Below are positions 10,704 through 20,668 of a stretch of 64,000 nt of DNA, one piece after another; position 1 is the first letter of the stretch; each line of letters opens with the position of its first letter. Origin of the DNA: Gemmatimonadota bacterium (GTDB lineage Bacteria > Gemmatimonadota > Gemmatimonadetes > Palauibacterales > Palauibacteraceae); contig OY762926.1 in assembly GCA_963666735.1 (NCBI GenBank), forward strand, positions 960,001-1,024,000, read 5' to 3'. The position numbers and the translations under genes are program-made. Under the pieces are notes generated by a model. It saw only the letters and a program-made list of their open reading frames with translations, was not told where the DNA came from and searched no databases.

Positions 10704-13219
10704 TTGGGCGTCAGCATCACCCGGTCGGCGACCGCGGCTTCGACTCGCTCCCGCGAGTAGTAGAGTGGGAAGAAGCGGTCCTTCGCCCAGCCCTCGAACA
10801 GGTTCCGGTACATCGGATCGTCCGGGTCTCCCCCCTGTCCCGGCGTGTTCGTGAACACGGCCGTGTCCCAATCGCCGGCCTCCGCGATGATCCGGAAGGA
10901 GGGACCCGACGTCTGGTTGTCCCCGCCTCCCGTCTGGTTCACGGTGAAGCCGTTGCCGCCGCGCGGGAGCGGTCCCACCTCGAGGCGCGCGCGCATTTCG
11001 GCGTTCACGATCCCGGACAGCGGGTGCCGGAACCGTGCGTGCTTGAAGCGCACGTCGCCGTAGCGCCAGGGGTCGCCGCCGAAGCGGTCCTCCAGTCCGT
11101 CCAGGGCGTCGGCCAGCGTGCGGGCGAGGAAGGCGTCGCGACCCGCCACGGGATCCCCGTCTCCGAGCGCCGCGAACCAGGCCGGGGGCGAGCCGAGCCA
11201 GTCGATGATCTTCTTCATCGACAGACGCCCCAGCGACGCGCGGACGTCGGCGGGGACGACGAGCGGCACCATCTGTCTCTGAATCTCACGCTCCCAGGAG
11301 ACGTAGATCGCCGCCTCGCGGGACTCCTGAGCCAACGCGAAGTCCCAGTTCAGCAGCTCCTCCCGCGCGGACTGCGCCCCCGGGGGCAGGTCGACGCCGC
11401 GCAGCATCGGCACCAGCGAGCGTGCCGGGAGCGACACGTAGTCGGTCGCCAACTGCATCATCTCCGACATCGTGAAGCGCTTCCCCGACGCGAGGACTTC
11501 GTCGATGCGCGCGCTCCGGAACGGGTCGCTCCAACTCCAGCCGACGGCATCGCGGTGCTCGTAGCCGGGCGGCACGAGGTTCTGGTTCGCCGTCGACCAG
11601 AACCCCTTCTCCGGATTGAACACGTGCGGCTTGTGCCGGATCTCGAGGTAGCCGTCCCACTCGTAGCGGCCGTCCCCCGGCACCGGGACGAGACCCGACC
11701 AGTTGCGGCGGATGGGCGCGATCCCCACGGACTGCCAGCCGATGTTCCCGTCCACGTCGGCCCACACCATGTTCTCGCCGGGGATGTTCGAGTAGTTGCA
11801 GGCGTCCCGGAACTCTTCCCACGTCTTCGCCTGGTTCATGCGCAGGCTGGCGAGGTAGGGCGCGCCGCCGGTCTCCATCCACCCGGCGCGCACCGCGTAG
11901 GCGAGATCGTTGTCCCGGTCCTCGTACACGACGGGGCCGTGCCGCGTGTACCGGTGCCGGACGCGCTCGGGCTCCCGCCCTTCGACCGTGATCTCGTCGT
12001 CGATGACGCGCATCGCCTCCCAGGCGCCGCGGTATGAGTAGCGGTCCGGGTCGTCCGGGTGGGTTCGGTAGACGTAGAGGTCCTCGGCGTCCGTCTGGAA
12101 GACGGTCAGCCCCCACGCTCCGTACCCGTTGTGCCCGATCGAGATGCCCGGGAGGACCGGCTCGCCCCCGCCGATCACGTTCCAGCCCGGCCCGACGAGA
12201 TGGACGAGGTAGCGCAGCGACGGGGCCGCCTGCACCCGGTGCGGGTCGTTCGCCATCAGCGCGTGTCCGCTCAGCGTGCGGCTCCCGGCCACGACCCAGT
12301 TGTTGCTTCCCGTCCCCAGCCGCTCCGCCTCGAGGCGTCCCGCCTCGTACGCCCGGGCCTCGGCTTCCGCTTCGAGCGTCTGCAGGGCGAAGGCCTCCGC
12401 GTCGGAGGCGGTGGCGCGGAAGCGGGGCTCGATGTCCTCGGGCCGGAACCGGATGGGCCCGCGGAAGGCGCGGTACACATCGAGGATCTCGGGCCGCAGG
12501 AGCGAGCCGTCGATCGCGGGGTCGAGATCGATGTCCGGCTCCCCCGGGTGGAAGTAGGAGACTTCCTTCACCTTCTCCGAACCCACCGCCGCGACGGCGA
12601 TCCCCAGATCCAGTTCCTGCCCGATGTTCATGAGCAAGCCCTGGTGGCGGGAGATGACGACCTCCGGAGTCCACGGCTGCGGCCGGATCCCCAGCATCTC
12701 GAACTCGACCGGCAGGAGGCCGGGGTCGCGCTCCGTCTCGGCGATGTACGCGTTGATGCCGTCCGTGAAGGCCCGGATGATCTCGGCGCCGCGCGGGTGA
12801 TAGTGGTTCAGCTCCGCCTCGAGATCGCCGCGGAACCGGAACAGCCGGGCGCCGCGGTCGCGCTCCAGCTCACGGGGACCGAGGATTTCGGCAACCGTGC
12901 CCGTGGCCTGGCGGCGCCAGACTTCGAACTGGAAGAGGCGGTCCCGCGCCGCGCCGTACCCCTGCGCGAAGAAGAGGTCGTGCTCCGTCTCGGCGTAAAT
13001 GTGGCTGACACCCCACAGGTCCTTGAGGATCTCGACTCCGGCCTCGAGCCCGGGAACCCGCAGGGTCTCCGTGTCGACCGCATCGACGGCGGCGATCCGA
13101 TCCGGGACGCCGGCCCGAAGGTCGTCGACGGTCGGTGCGCCGGGCAGGTGTCCGCCGGAACTCCGGAGGACCGGCAGCAGGAGGATGAGCGCGAACAGCG
13201 TGACGGATCGGACCCGCAT
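10700..13219 (-). CDS. Penicillin acylase family (S45) Ntn-hydrolase
   Basis: Signal peptide, DLWGVSHIYA, DRLFQ, GSNNWVV nucleophile site, ANDPH. Confidence 0.93.
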   Translation of the reverse strand: MRVRSVTLFALILLLPVLRSSGGHLPGAPTVDDLRAGVPDRIAAVDAVDTETLRVPGLEAGVEILKDLWGVSHIYAETEHDLFFAQGYGAARDRLFQFEVWRRQATGTVAEILGPRELERDRGARLFRFRGDLEAELNHYHPRGAEIIRAFTDGINAYIAETERDPGLLPVEFEMLGIRPQPWTPEVVISRHQGLLMNIGQELDLGIAVAAVGSEKVKEVSYFHPGEPDIDLDPAIDGSLLRPEILDVYRAFRGPIRFRPEDIEPRFRATASDAEAFALQTLEAEAEARAYEAGRLEAERLGTGSNNWVVAGSRTLSGHALMANDPHRVQAAPSLRYLVHLVGPGWNVIGGGEPVLPGISIGHNGYGAWGLTVFQTDAEDLYVYRTHPDDPDRYSYRGAWEAMRVIDDEITVEGREPERVRHRYTRHGPVVYEDRDNDLAYAVRAGWMETGGAPYLASLRMNQAKTWEEFRDACNYSNIPGENMVWADVDGNIGWQSVGIAPIRRNWSGLVPVPGDGRYEWDGYLEIRHKPHVFNPEKGFWSTANQNLVPPGYEHRDAVGWSWSDPFRSARIDEVLASGKRFTMSEMMQLATDYVSLPARSLVPMLRGVDLPPGAQSAREELLNWDFALAQESREAAIYVSWEREIQRQMVPLVVPADVRASLGRLSMKKIIDWLGSPPAWFAALGDGDPVAGRDAFLARTLADALDGLEDRFGGDPWRYGDVRFKHARFRHPLSGIVNAEMRARLEVGPLPRGGNGFTVNQTGGGDNQTSGPSFRIIAEAGDWDTAVFTNTPGQGGDPDDPMYRNLFEGWAKDRFFPLYYSRERVEAAVADRVMLTPN

Positions 13220-13239
13220 CGGATTCTCCTTGTGTGGTC

Positions 13240-14082
13240 TTAGGACCCCGCGGCCTTCTTCTTCTCCGGCTCGCCCTCCGCCTGATCCTCGGCCCCGGCT
13301 TCCGCCTCATCGGCACCGGAGACGCTCGCCCGGAGCGCGGCCATGAGGTCGATGACCTGCGCCGTCGTTTCCTCCTCGGCGGGCGCGGCGATCTCGGTGC
13401 CGTCGGCGACCTTCCGCTCGATCGCCTCGAGCATGCGCTGCCCGACTTCATCCTCGTACCTGGACGGATCGAAGCTCTCCGAGGCGATCTGCTCGATCAA
13501 CTGGACGGCGAGCCCGAGTTCCGCATCGGCAACCTCGCCCTCTCCCGACGGCACGTCGGCGATATCCCGCACCTCGTGCGCGTAGTGCAGTTGTTCCAGC
13601 ACGAGGTGATCCCCGACCGGCCGCACGAGGACGAGGTACTGCTTGCCGCGCGCCGCGTACTTCGCGAGCGCGGCCCAGCCCGTCTTCGTCATCGCCGCCC
13701 CGAGCAGGCGGTAGGCCTTGTCTCCCCCGCGCGCGGGCCCGAGATAGTACGTCTTTCCGATATACGCCCGCTCGACCTGGTCCAGCGGCACGAATTCGAC
13801 GATCTCGATCGCCCGCGTCGCCGCCGCCTCCAGCGCCTTCAGTTCCTCCGGCTTGAACGTCACGAACTGGTCCTTCGCGAACTGATAGCCCCTCACGAGA
13901 TCGCCGCGGGGGATCGGCTCCCCGGTCTTCGCGTCCACGTACTGCTGCTTCACGCGGGCCCCGTCGGGGGAGAGGAAGTTGAAGCGGACTTTCTGCGAGT
14001 TCTCGGCGGACGAATAGAGCTGGCACGGGATCGAAACGAGCCCGAACGAGATCGTCGCCGTTGCGATGGGTCGAGGTGACAT
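13240..14082 (-). CDS. ku: Non-homologous end joining protein Ku
   Basis: ISFGLVSIPCQLYS, YYLGP...KAYRLL, VIDLMAALRAS; divergent from ligD. Confidence 0.94.
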   Translation of the reverse strand: MSPRPIATATISFGLVSIPCQLYSSAENSQKVRFNFLSPDGARVKQQYVDAKTGEPIPRGDLVRGYQFAKDQFVTFKPEELKALEAAATRAIEIVEFVPLDQVERAYIGKTYYLGPARGGDKAYRLLGAAMTKTGWAALAKYAARGKQYLVLVRPVGDHLVLEQLHYAHEVRDIADVPSGEGEVADAELGLAVQLIEQIASESFDPSRYEDEVGQRMLEAIERKVADGTEIAAPAEEETTAQVIDLMAALRASVSGADEAEAGAEDQAEGEPEKKKAAGS

Positions 14083-14247
14083 CCTGTGCCTCTCCGTGTG
14101 CGCGCCGAACCGCCGGCGCGATGCCGGCCCCGATGCCGGCCCCGCGGCATGATGCCGGACCGGGGGGCGGAATAATAGGTTGCGGCCGGGATTGTCGCAC
14201 AGAGCGGGAGCGACGCGAGCGGGCAGCGACAGGGGGCGCCTGCAGGC

Positions 14248-16830
14248 ATGCCACGAGAAAAACTCGAGGAATACCGGGACAAGCGCGCGTCCGAGCGCAC
14301 GCCGGAGCCCTTCGGCGGGGCGCCCGGGACGGGGGCCGGCGTGTTCGTGGTCCAACTGCACGCGGCGACCCGGCGGCACTACGACCTTCGACTGGAGATC
14401 GGGGGCGTCCTCGTCTCATGGGCGGTGCCAAAGGGCATCTCCGCCGATCCCGCCGACAAGAAGCTCGCGGTCCACGTCGAGGATCATCCGGTCGAATACA
14501 TCGAGTTCGAGGGCGTGATTCCGGCCGGCGAGTACGGCGGAGGCGAGATGATCGTGTGGGACATCGGCCGCTGCATCATGCTCGAAGACCCGGAGGAGGG
14601 ACTGGAGACGGGCAAGCTCCTGTTCGAGCTTCGGGGCCACAAACTCAAGGGCGTGTGGACGCTCGTGCGGCTGGAGAAGGGGGAGACGGGAAAGGAATGG
14701 CTGCTCATCCGCGAGCGGCGCGGCGGGCACCCGATTCTCGAGGACGGGTCGCTCCCGGAGAGTTCCATCCTGTCCGGGCTCACGGTCGAGCAGATGGCGG
14801 AACGGGAGCGCGGCTGGTACCCGGGAGAAGACCTGGCCGCGGCCCTCGCGGAGGCGGGGGCGCCGGAGCGGCCGGTCGATCCTTCCGACATCCGGTTCAT
14901 GCTCGCCACTCCTCGCGAGGACGCCTTCGACGACCCCGCGTGGCACTTCGAACTCAAGCTGGACGGCTACCGCATGCTGGCCGCGGCGGTCGAGGGCGAG
15001 GCCAGCCTCCTGACGCGCAACGGACACGACGCGCTCCCCACCTTCCCCGACATCGCGCGCTCCCTGCGCAAGCTCCCCTACCGGCGGGTCGTGCTGGACG
15101 GCGAGGTCGTCGTCCACGACGCGGCGGGATACCCCAGCTTCCGGCGCCTGCAGAAGCGCGCCCGGCTCTCGCGTCCGATCGACATCCGGCGGGCCTCCTT
15201 CGAGGCGCCGGCGAGCTTCTACGCCTTCGACCTCCTCGCGTTCGATGGCCGCGACCTGCGCGACCTTCCGCTCGCCGAGCGGCGCCGCTTCCTGCGCGAC
15301 GTGGTGCCGGAAGCGGGTCCGATCCGCTTCAGCGAGCACTTCGAGGGGTGCGGGGAGGCCCTGCTCGGGCAGGTGCAGGGGATGGGTCTGGAGGGGATCA
15401 TGGCCAAGCGCGCCGACTCCCGGTACGTCGGAGGCCGTTCCCCCGCCTGGAGGAAGATCCACGCGGCCCGCCGGAACCGCTTCGTCATCGTCGGCTTCAC
15501 GAATCCGGCCGGTTCGCGGACGGGCTTCGGGGCCCTTCACCTGGGCGCCTACGGTCCGGCCGACTCCGCGCCGGAAGCGCCCGCCGGGGACGACGACCTC
15601 GCCCTCCACTACGTCGGCCGCGTCGGGACGGGCTTCGACGACAAGACGCTTACAGTCCTCCATGCCCGGCTCGACGACCTGAAATCGGATGCGCCCGCGT
15701 TCGTGACTCCGGCGCCGGCGGGAGACGAACACACCTGGGTCGAGCCCCGGCTCGTCGCCGAGATCCGCTACAAGGAAGTCACCGAGGGCGGCCTCCTCCG
15801 GCACGCCGTTTTTGTCGAAGTCGCGGACGTGCTCCCCACGGACTGCCGGCTTCCCCGGAACCCGCGCGCGGCCCTCCCCGATCCCGTGCGCGTGGACACG
15901 TCGCCCCCGCCCGTCGAGGAACTGCCGCTCTCGAATCTCGACAAGGTCTTCTGGCCGGAGGAGGGATACACGAAGGGGGACCTGATCGCGTACTACGGGG
16001 ACATCGCGCCGTGGCTGCTGCAGTTCCTGAAGGACCGGCCCCTCGTGCTGACGCGGTACCCGGACGGGATCGACGGAAAATCCTTCTTCCAGAAGAACGC
16101 GCCCGGATTCCAGCCCGAATGGGTGCGCACGGAAGCGATCCGGAGCAAGGGGTCCGGGCGGGACATCCACTACTTCATCGCCGACGACCCCGCGACGCTC
16201 GTGTTCGTGGCGAACCTGGGCGCCATCCCGCTTCACGTGTGGGCGAGCCGCATCGGGAGCCTGGACCGCCCCGATTGGTGCCTTCTCGACCTCGACCCGA
16301 AGCACAAGCGCGGCGACGAGGAAGTGTACGCGCCGTTCGGGGATGTGGTGGAAGTCGCGCGGACGATCGGCGAGTTGTGCGAGGAGATCGGACTGCCGAG
16401 CTATCCCAAGACGAGCGGATCTTCGGGGATCCATGTGATGATCCCGCTCGGCGGACAACTCGACTACGAGCAGTCGCGCACGCTCGCGCTCCTGCTCGCG
16501 AAGACGGTGGCGGCGGAGATTCCCGAGCGGGCCACGATCGTGCGGAACCCGGCGGGACGAGACGGCAAGATCTATATCGACTACGTCCAGAACGGCCGCG
16601 GACGGCTCGTGGTGGCGCCCTATTCCGTGCGGCCGCGGGCGGGAGCCACGGTGTCCGCGCCGCTCCGCTGGGCCGAGGTGGGACAGGGGCTCTCGATGGA
16701 GGACTTCACGATCCGGACGATGCCCGGGCGGGCCCGGGATCTGGACGCCGACCCGCTCCTGGGCGTGTTGTCGGACGAGCCCGACCTCATGGCGGCACTC
16801 GACGCCCTGCAGCGGAAGTTGGGCGGGTGA
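14248..16830 (+). CDS. ligD: DNA ligase D (phosphoesterase-ligase-polymerase order)
   Basis: FVVQLHAATRRHYDLRLE (PE), ELKLDGYR and EGIMAKR (ligase), LSNLDKVFWP, RYPDGI, DLDP, KTSGSSGIH (polymerase). Confidence 0.95.
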   Translation: MPREKLEEYRDKRASERTPEPFGGAPGTGAGVFVVQLHAATRRHYDLRLEIGGVLVSWAVPKGISADPADKKLAVHVEDHPVEYIEFEGVIPAGEYGGGEMIVWDIGRCIMLEDPEEGLETGKLLFELRGHKLKGVWTLVRLEKGETGKEWLLIRERRGGHPILEDGSLPESSILSGLTVEQMAERERGWYPGEDLAAALAEAGAPERPVDPSDIRFMLATPREDAFDDPAWHFELKLDGYRMLAAAVEGEASLLTRNGHDALPTFPDIARSLRKLPYRRVVLDGEVVVHDAAGYPSFRRLQKRARLSRPIDIRRASFEAPASFYAFDLLAFDGRDLRDLPLAERRRFLRDVVPEAGPIRFSEHFEGCGEALLGQVQGMGLEGIMAKRADSRYVGGRSPAWRKIHAARRNRFVIVGFTNPAGSRTGFGALHLGAYGPADSAPEAPAGDDDLALHYVGRVGTGFDDKTLTVLHARLDDLKSDAPAFVTPAPAGDEHTWVEPRLVAEIRYKEVTEGGLLRHAVFVEVADVLPTDCRLPRNPRAALPDPVRVDTSPPPVEELPLSNLDKVFWPEEGYTKGDLIAYYGDIAPWLLQFLKDRPLVLTRYPDGIDGKSFFQKNAPGFQPEWVRTEAIRSKGSGRDIHYFIADDPATLVFVANLGAIPLHVWASRIGSLDRPDWCLLDLDPKHKRGDEEVYAPFGDVVEVARTIGELCEEIGLPSYPKTSGSSGIHVMIPLGGQLDYEQSRTLALLLAKTVAAEIPERATIVRNPAGRDGKIYIDYVQNGRGRLVVAPYSVRPRAGATVSAPLRWAEVGQGLSMEDFTIRTMPGRARDLDADPLLGVLSDEPDLMAALDALQRKLGG

Positions 16831-18011
16831 GCGCCGCGGAGGGCGGCGCGCGCACACCGCCCGGGCGGCTGTCCGGGATCCCGGGGTTCGACATCGACGG
16901 GGTGGCGCGGGCGGCGGAGCACGACTCCGGCATCCTCCGGCTCGAGAACCTCGACACCGACCTGCGCCCGCCCGCGGCGGCGGTGGCCGCCACCCGTGCG
17001 GCGCTCGAATCGCCGGCTGCAAACAGCTACCTGCCGTTCACGGGCCGGGCCGGCCTTCGCGCGGCGGCCGCCCGGCACGTCGGCCGACTCGCCGGGCGCG
17101 AATACGACCCCGACCGGGAGTGCGTGATCACGGCGGGCGGCACGGAGGGCCTGTTCAACGCCCTGCTCGCCACGGTGGATCCGGGCGACGAAGTGGTCGT
17201 CACCGACCCCACGTACGCCGGCATGCTCCAGCGCGTGCGGCTGGCCGGCGCGGTCCCGCGGCTCGCGACCTGGGCCTTCGATCCCGCGGGGGGCTGGCGC
17301 CTCGACCTCGACGCCCTTGCCGGATGCGTCGGCCCCCGGACCCGGGCGCTCTTCATCATGAACCCGTCCATGCCGTCCGGCGGCGTGCTCGACGCCGGCG
17401 ACTGGGCAGTCGTGGCGGCACTCTGCGAGCGCCACGACCTGTGGCTCCTCTACAACGCGGCGATGGAACGGATCCTCTACGACGGCCGCCCGTACGTGCA
17501 CCCGGCGTCGCTCTCCGGAATGCGCGAGCGGACGCTCACGATCGGCTCGGTCTCCAAGGAGCACCGCATGATCGGCTGGCGCGTGGGCTGGGTGGTGGGA
17601 CCGGCCGCGGTCCTCGCCGCTGTCGCCAGAGTCGGCATCTACAACGTCGTGACGGGGGTCGGGATCGGGCAGCCCGGCGCGCTCGCGGCGCTGGCCGCTG
17701 GAGACGAAGCCGAGGACGTGGCCGCGAGCGTGGCGCGCTGGGAGCGACGGCGCGACGCGGTGATCGAGACGCTTCGGGACTACCCCGTCCGGTCCCCGGG
17801 CGGCGGCTGGTCGCTCCTCGTGGACACCCGGCCGCTGGGCCTCACCGCCCGCCATCTCTCCGAGCGTCTCCTGGCGGGAGCCGGCGTCGCCGCGACACCC
17901 ATGGACGCCTGGGGCGGCCCCGGCGGGGAATACCAACTCCGCCTCGTGTTCAGCAACGAACCCGTCGCTCGCCTCCGAAGGCTCGGCGTCCGCTTCTCCA
18001 AGGTTCTGTAG
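16827..18011 (+). CDS. PLP-dependent aminotransferase, class I/II
   Basis: GTGA overlap with ligD; VITAGGTEG, NPSMPSG, SVSKEHRMIGWRVGW. Confidence 0.88.
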   Translation: MSAAEGGARTPPGRLSGIPGFDIDGVARAAEHDSGILRLENLDTDLRPPAAAVAATRAALESPAANSYLPFTGRAGLRAAAARHVGRLAGREYDPDRECVITAGGTEGLFNALLATVDPGDEVVVTDPTYAGMLQRVRLAGAVPRLATWAFDPAGGWRLDLDALAGCVGPRTRALFIMNPSMPSGGVLDAGDWAVVAALCERHDLWLLYNAAMERILYDGRPYVHPASLSGMRERTLTIGSVSKEHRMIGWRVGWVVGPAAVLAAVARVGIYNVVTGVGIGQPGALAALAAGDEAEDVAASVARWERRRDAVIETLRDYPVRSPGGGWSLLVDTRPLGLTARHLSERLLAGAGVAATPMDAWGGPGGEYQLRLVFSNEPVARLRRLGVRFSKVL

Positions 18012-18366
18012 CTCGGCCGGAACCGATATCGCGGTGACGATCTCGGACCGACCCTCGACACTCGTTACCTTGTTCGACATCTGTCAGATACTTAGATAGG
18101 TTTCTGACATACTGTGCTTCCCATCACCGGCCCAACGGGAACGGAGACGACAAATGCCGAGCCTGCCACGGACGCTTGGGTCATTCAGGTCCCTTCGGTG
18201 CGGTTCGAGCGACAACGACTCCGGCACCTCGCGCGCGGACCCCGGCCGCGTCCGCCTCGGCGGGACGCACAGCCCTTAGCTCTCTACGGAGCTTCGCGTG
18301 TAAGCTGCATAGCCGCGGCCGTCCTTATCCATGAGGCCACCGAGGCCTGCGGAGGCGGAGACCAAA

Positions 18367-18651
18367 ATGCCAGTACTTCTCCTGCTGTTGATCGTCGTGC
18401 TAGCGTCGCTACTGTTCGATCGTCGTACAGTGGGATTGCGGGTTGTCGTCGCCATCGGGCTGATCGCAATCATGTTTCGATCAGGAGTGGGGCCGGATGT
18501 CCCCCCCTTGGCGTGGTGGCTCATGGCGCTGGCCGTCGTTGAGATCGCAGCGCTCTGGATCGTCCGAGCAAACAAGGGGTTTTGGATAACGGGCGCCCGG
18601 AACCGATCAGGTCCGGCCGAACCGGGGAGATCGCATGCGAACAGTCCGTGA
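18367..18651 (+). CDS. Small hypothetical membrane protein
   Basis: RBS GGAG then ATG; three hydrophobic segments in 94 aa; lower-GC context. Confidence 0.45.
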   Translation: MPVLLLLLIVVLASLLFDRRTVGLRVVVAIGLIAIMFRSGVGPDVPPLAWWLMALAVVEIAALWIVRANKGFWITGARNRSGPAEPGRSHANSP

Positions 18652-18738
18652 AGCCTTCCCCCGTTTTCTCGACTCTGAGAAGAGGCTGCTATGTGCAGGC
18701 TTCTGGCTATGTGCAGGGTTCTCCTTGTGACCCTTCAC

Positions 18739-20474
18739 CCCGGATCCTGCGATCGTTGGCGCGGGGCTCGTCCGGGAGGGCGGCCGTAGCCGGGCCGCGG
18801 AAGCCTTGACGATAGTGAGAGCATAGTGTCGGACTATGGAAAAGCACCATCCGGGGCCCTACGTTCAGAGGGACTGGACAAGAGTTCACCCCGGAACGGA
18901 GGACACCCGAATGGTGCGTGGAAACGACTATACCGGATCGCGCCCGCACGTGCAAGGATCGCCGGCGGCGCCGGGGGTCCGCGGCGGCGGCGTACGGATC
19001 ACCGACGCGGGCGGCCTGGTCGTGGTCCGGAGGCTGTGGGACGCGCTGGGGCTGGGCCGTTGGATCGACGACCGGACCGGGAACGTCCCCGGCCGCTACC
19101 GGCCGTCGCTGATGGTCGAGTTGTGGGTGGCGCTGCTCCTGTACGGCGGCGGGGTGATGGACGACCTGCCGCTTCTCGAGCGGCGGGGGGTACGCCGCAT
19201 CTTCGGCTGGAGGCGGGTGCCGCACCCGGCCACGTTCGGGCGCTGGCTGCGGCGCTCGGCCGCGGTGATGTCCCCCCTGCTCGACGAGCTTCTGTGGCGG
19301 ATGGTGCGGCGGCGCTGGGAGATGGCCGGCGGGGCGCCCCGGTCGGCGACGGTCGTCATGGACTCGACCGTCGTGGTGCGCTACGGGCTGAGACAGGCCG
19401 GGGCGGAGAAGGGCTACAATCCGAAGAAGCCGGGCCGTCCCTCGCACCATCCGCTGCTGGCCTACGTCTTGGAGACGGGCGACTGCCTCGGGGTGCGCTG
19501 GCGGCCGGGCAACGCGCACACGGCCGGGGGAGCCGAGGCGTGGCTGGCCGGGCTGGTGGCCCGCCTGAGGGAGGCGGGGGTGCGGGACATCACCGTGCGG
19601 CTGGACAAGGGGTTCTTCTCCAAGCGCATCGCGGCGAGCATGGAGGAGCTCGGCGTCTCCTATCTGCTCAAGGTGCCGCGGTACGGCTGGCTCGACGGCT
19701 TCCGGGGCGCCTGGGAGACGGCCACCGCCGACGGGGCCGGGGACCGGGAGCTGAGGACCGCCTCCGGCGAGCTGTGGGGGACGCGGCTTCTCTCGGTCGA
19801 GAGGCGGAGACGGACCGGCCCCGCGGAGGGGGAGCTCGATCTCGAGGCGTGGGAGACCGCGATGAGCGCCGACGTTCTGACCAACATCCGGGGCATCGGC
19901 CCCATCGAGGCGTGGCGCGCCTACAACGCGGGCGCGGTCGTCGAGCAGCGGATCGAGGAGTTGGGCCAGCTTTCGGCCGGGCGCACCGCGGTGGACGATC
20001 TGGGCGGAAACGCCCTCCTGTGGGGCCTCGCCGCGCTCGCCTACCAGCTCCTCCACATCCTGCGCGCGAACTGCCTCGGCCGTCGGTGGCGGGTCGTACA
20101 GCCGCGCGGCATCCGGCTGCGCCTGCTGCGCGCCCCGGCCAGGATCACCTCCCACGCCCGCCGAACCTCGCTCGGGTTCGCGCGCGGCGAACCGGCCCTC
20201 GGCCTCCTGCGGCGGGCGCTCCGCACCATCGAGAACGGCCTCCCGCCGCCCGCGCCCGCCTGACCGACCCCGGACCCGGCCTTGCGAAGGCGCCGCGCGG
20301 CGGCGCCCCGTTCCCGTGTCTCCGCGCGCCGCCCGGGGTCCCTCCCGAACCCCGCCGGCCCCCACCGAGGCCCGGTCCGGCCCCGAAAACGCCATCACCC
20401 GCGCCAAATCGCCACAGCCGCAGGTCATAATCGCGCCTCCGGCCGTCCGACTATGCACCAACGCAGGATCCGGG
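18739..20474 (+). mobile_element. IS1380-family insertion sequence, 1736 bp
   Basis: Perfect 13-bp TIRs CCCGGATCCTGCG (18739-18751, 20462-20474); 5-bp TSD TTCAC (18734-18738, 20475-20479). Confidence 0.92.
18911..20263 (+). CDS. IS1380-family DDE transposase
   Basis: ITDAGGL, VMDSTV, GYNPKKPGRPSHHPL, RPGNAH, VRLDKGFF, YNAGAVVEQRIEE; RBS GGAGGA before ATG 18911 (ORF open from 18836). Confidence 0.9.
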   Translation: MVRGNDYTGSRPHVQGSPAAPGVRGGGVRITDAGGLVVVRRLWDALGLGRWIDDRTGNVPGRYRPSLMVELWVALLLYGGGVMDDLPLLERRGVRRIFGWRRVPHPATFGRWLRRSAAVMSPLLDELLWRMVRRRWEMAGGAPRSATVVMDSTVVVRYGLRQAGAEKGYNPKKPGRPSHHPLLAYVLETGDCLGVRWRPGNAHTAGGAEAWLAGLVARLREAGVRDITVRLDKGFFSKRIAASMEELGVSYLLKVPRYGWLDGFRGAWETATADGAGDRELRTASGELWGTRLLSVERRRRTGPAEGELDLEAWETAMSADVLTNIRGIGPIEAWRAYNAGAVVEQRIEELGQLSAGRTAVDDLGGNALLWGLAALAYQLLHILRANCLGRRWRVVQPRGIRLRLLRAPARITSHARRTSLGFARGEPALGLLRRALRTIENGLPPPAPA

Positions 20475-20668
20475 TTCACATTATGGGCGCCGGTAGCGTC
20501 GGCGGACTCGCGGCAACCCAAGATGTTTCGCTGGTAGCCAATCCCGAAGAATACCGCATCGGCGGACTTGACGCCCCGACATGGTCCGCGTTTGTGGAAC
20601 CACCGGCTCTCGTCCGAAACGCGCGACCGTACGGGGAGCGTGCTCGCGCCCACGTTTCTCCTTGACCG

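Larger units (their letters stand above)
18691..20665 (+). pseudogene. Small secreted-protein ORF interrupted by the IS1380 element
   Basis: Joining 18691-18738 to 20480-20665 restores one frame: MCRLLAMCRVLLVTLHIMGAGSVGGLAATQDVSLVANPEEYRIGGLDAPTWSAF... Confidence 0.55.

Noticed and set aside
14061..18011. 1316-aa ORF suggesting a giant fusion
   Set aside because: The first ~920 codons are an Arg-rich alternate frame of ligD; only 16827 onward is the aminotransferase.
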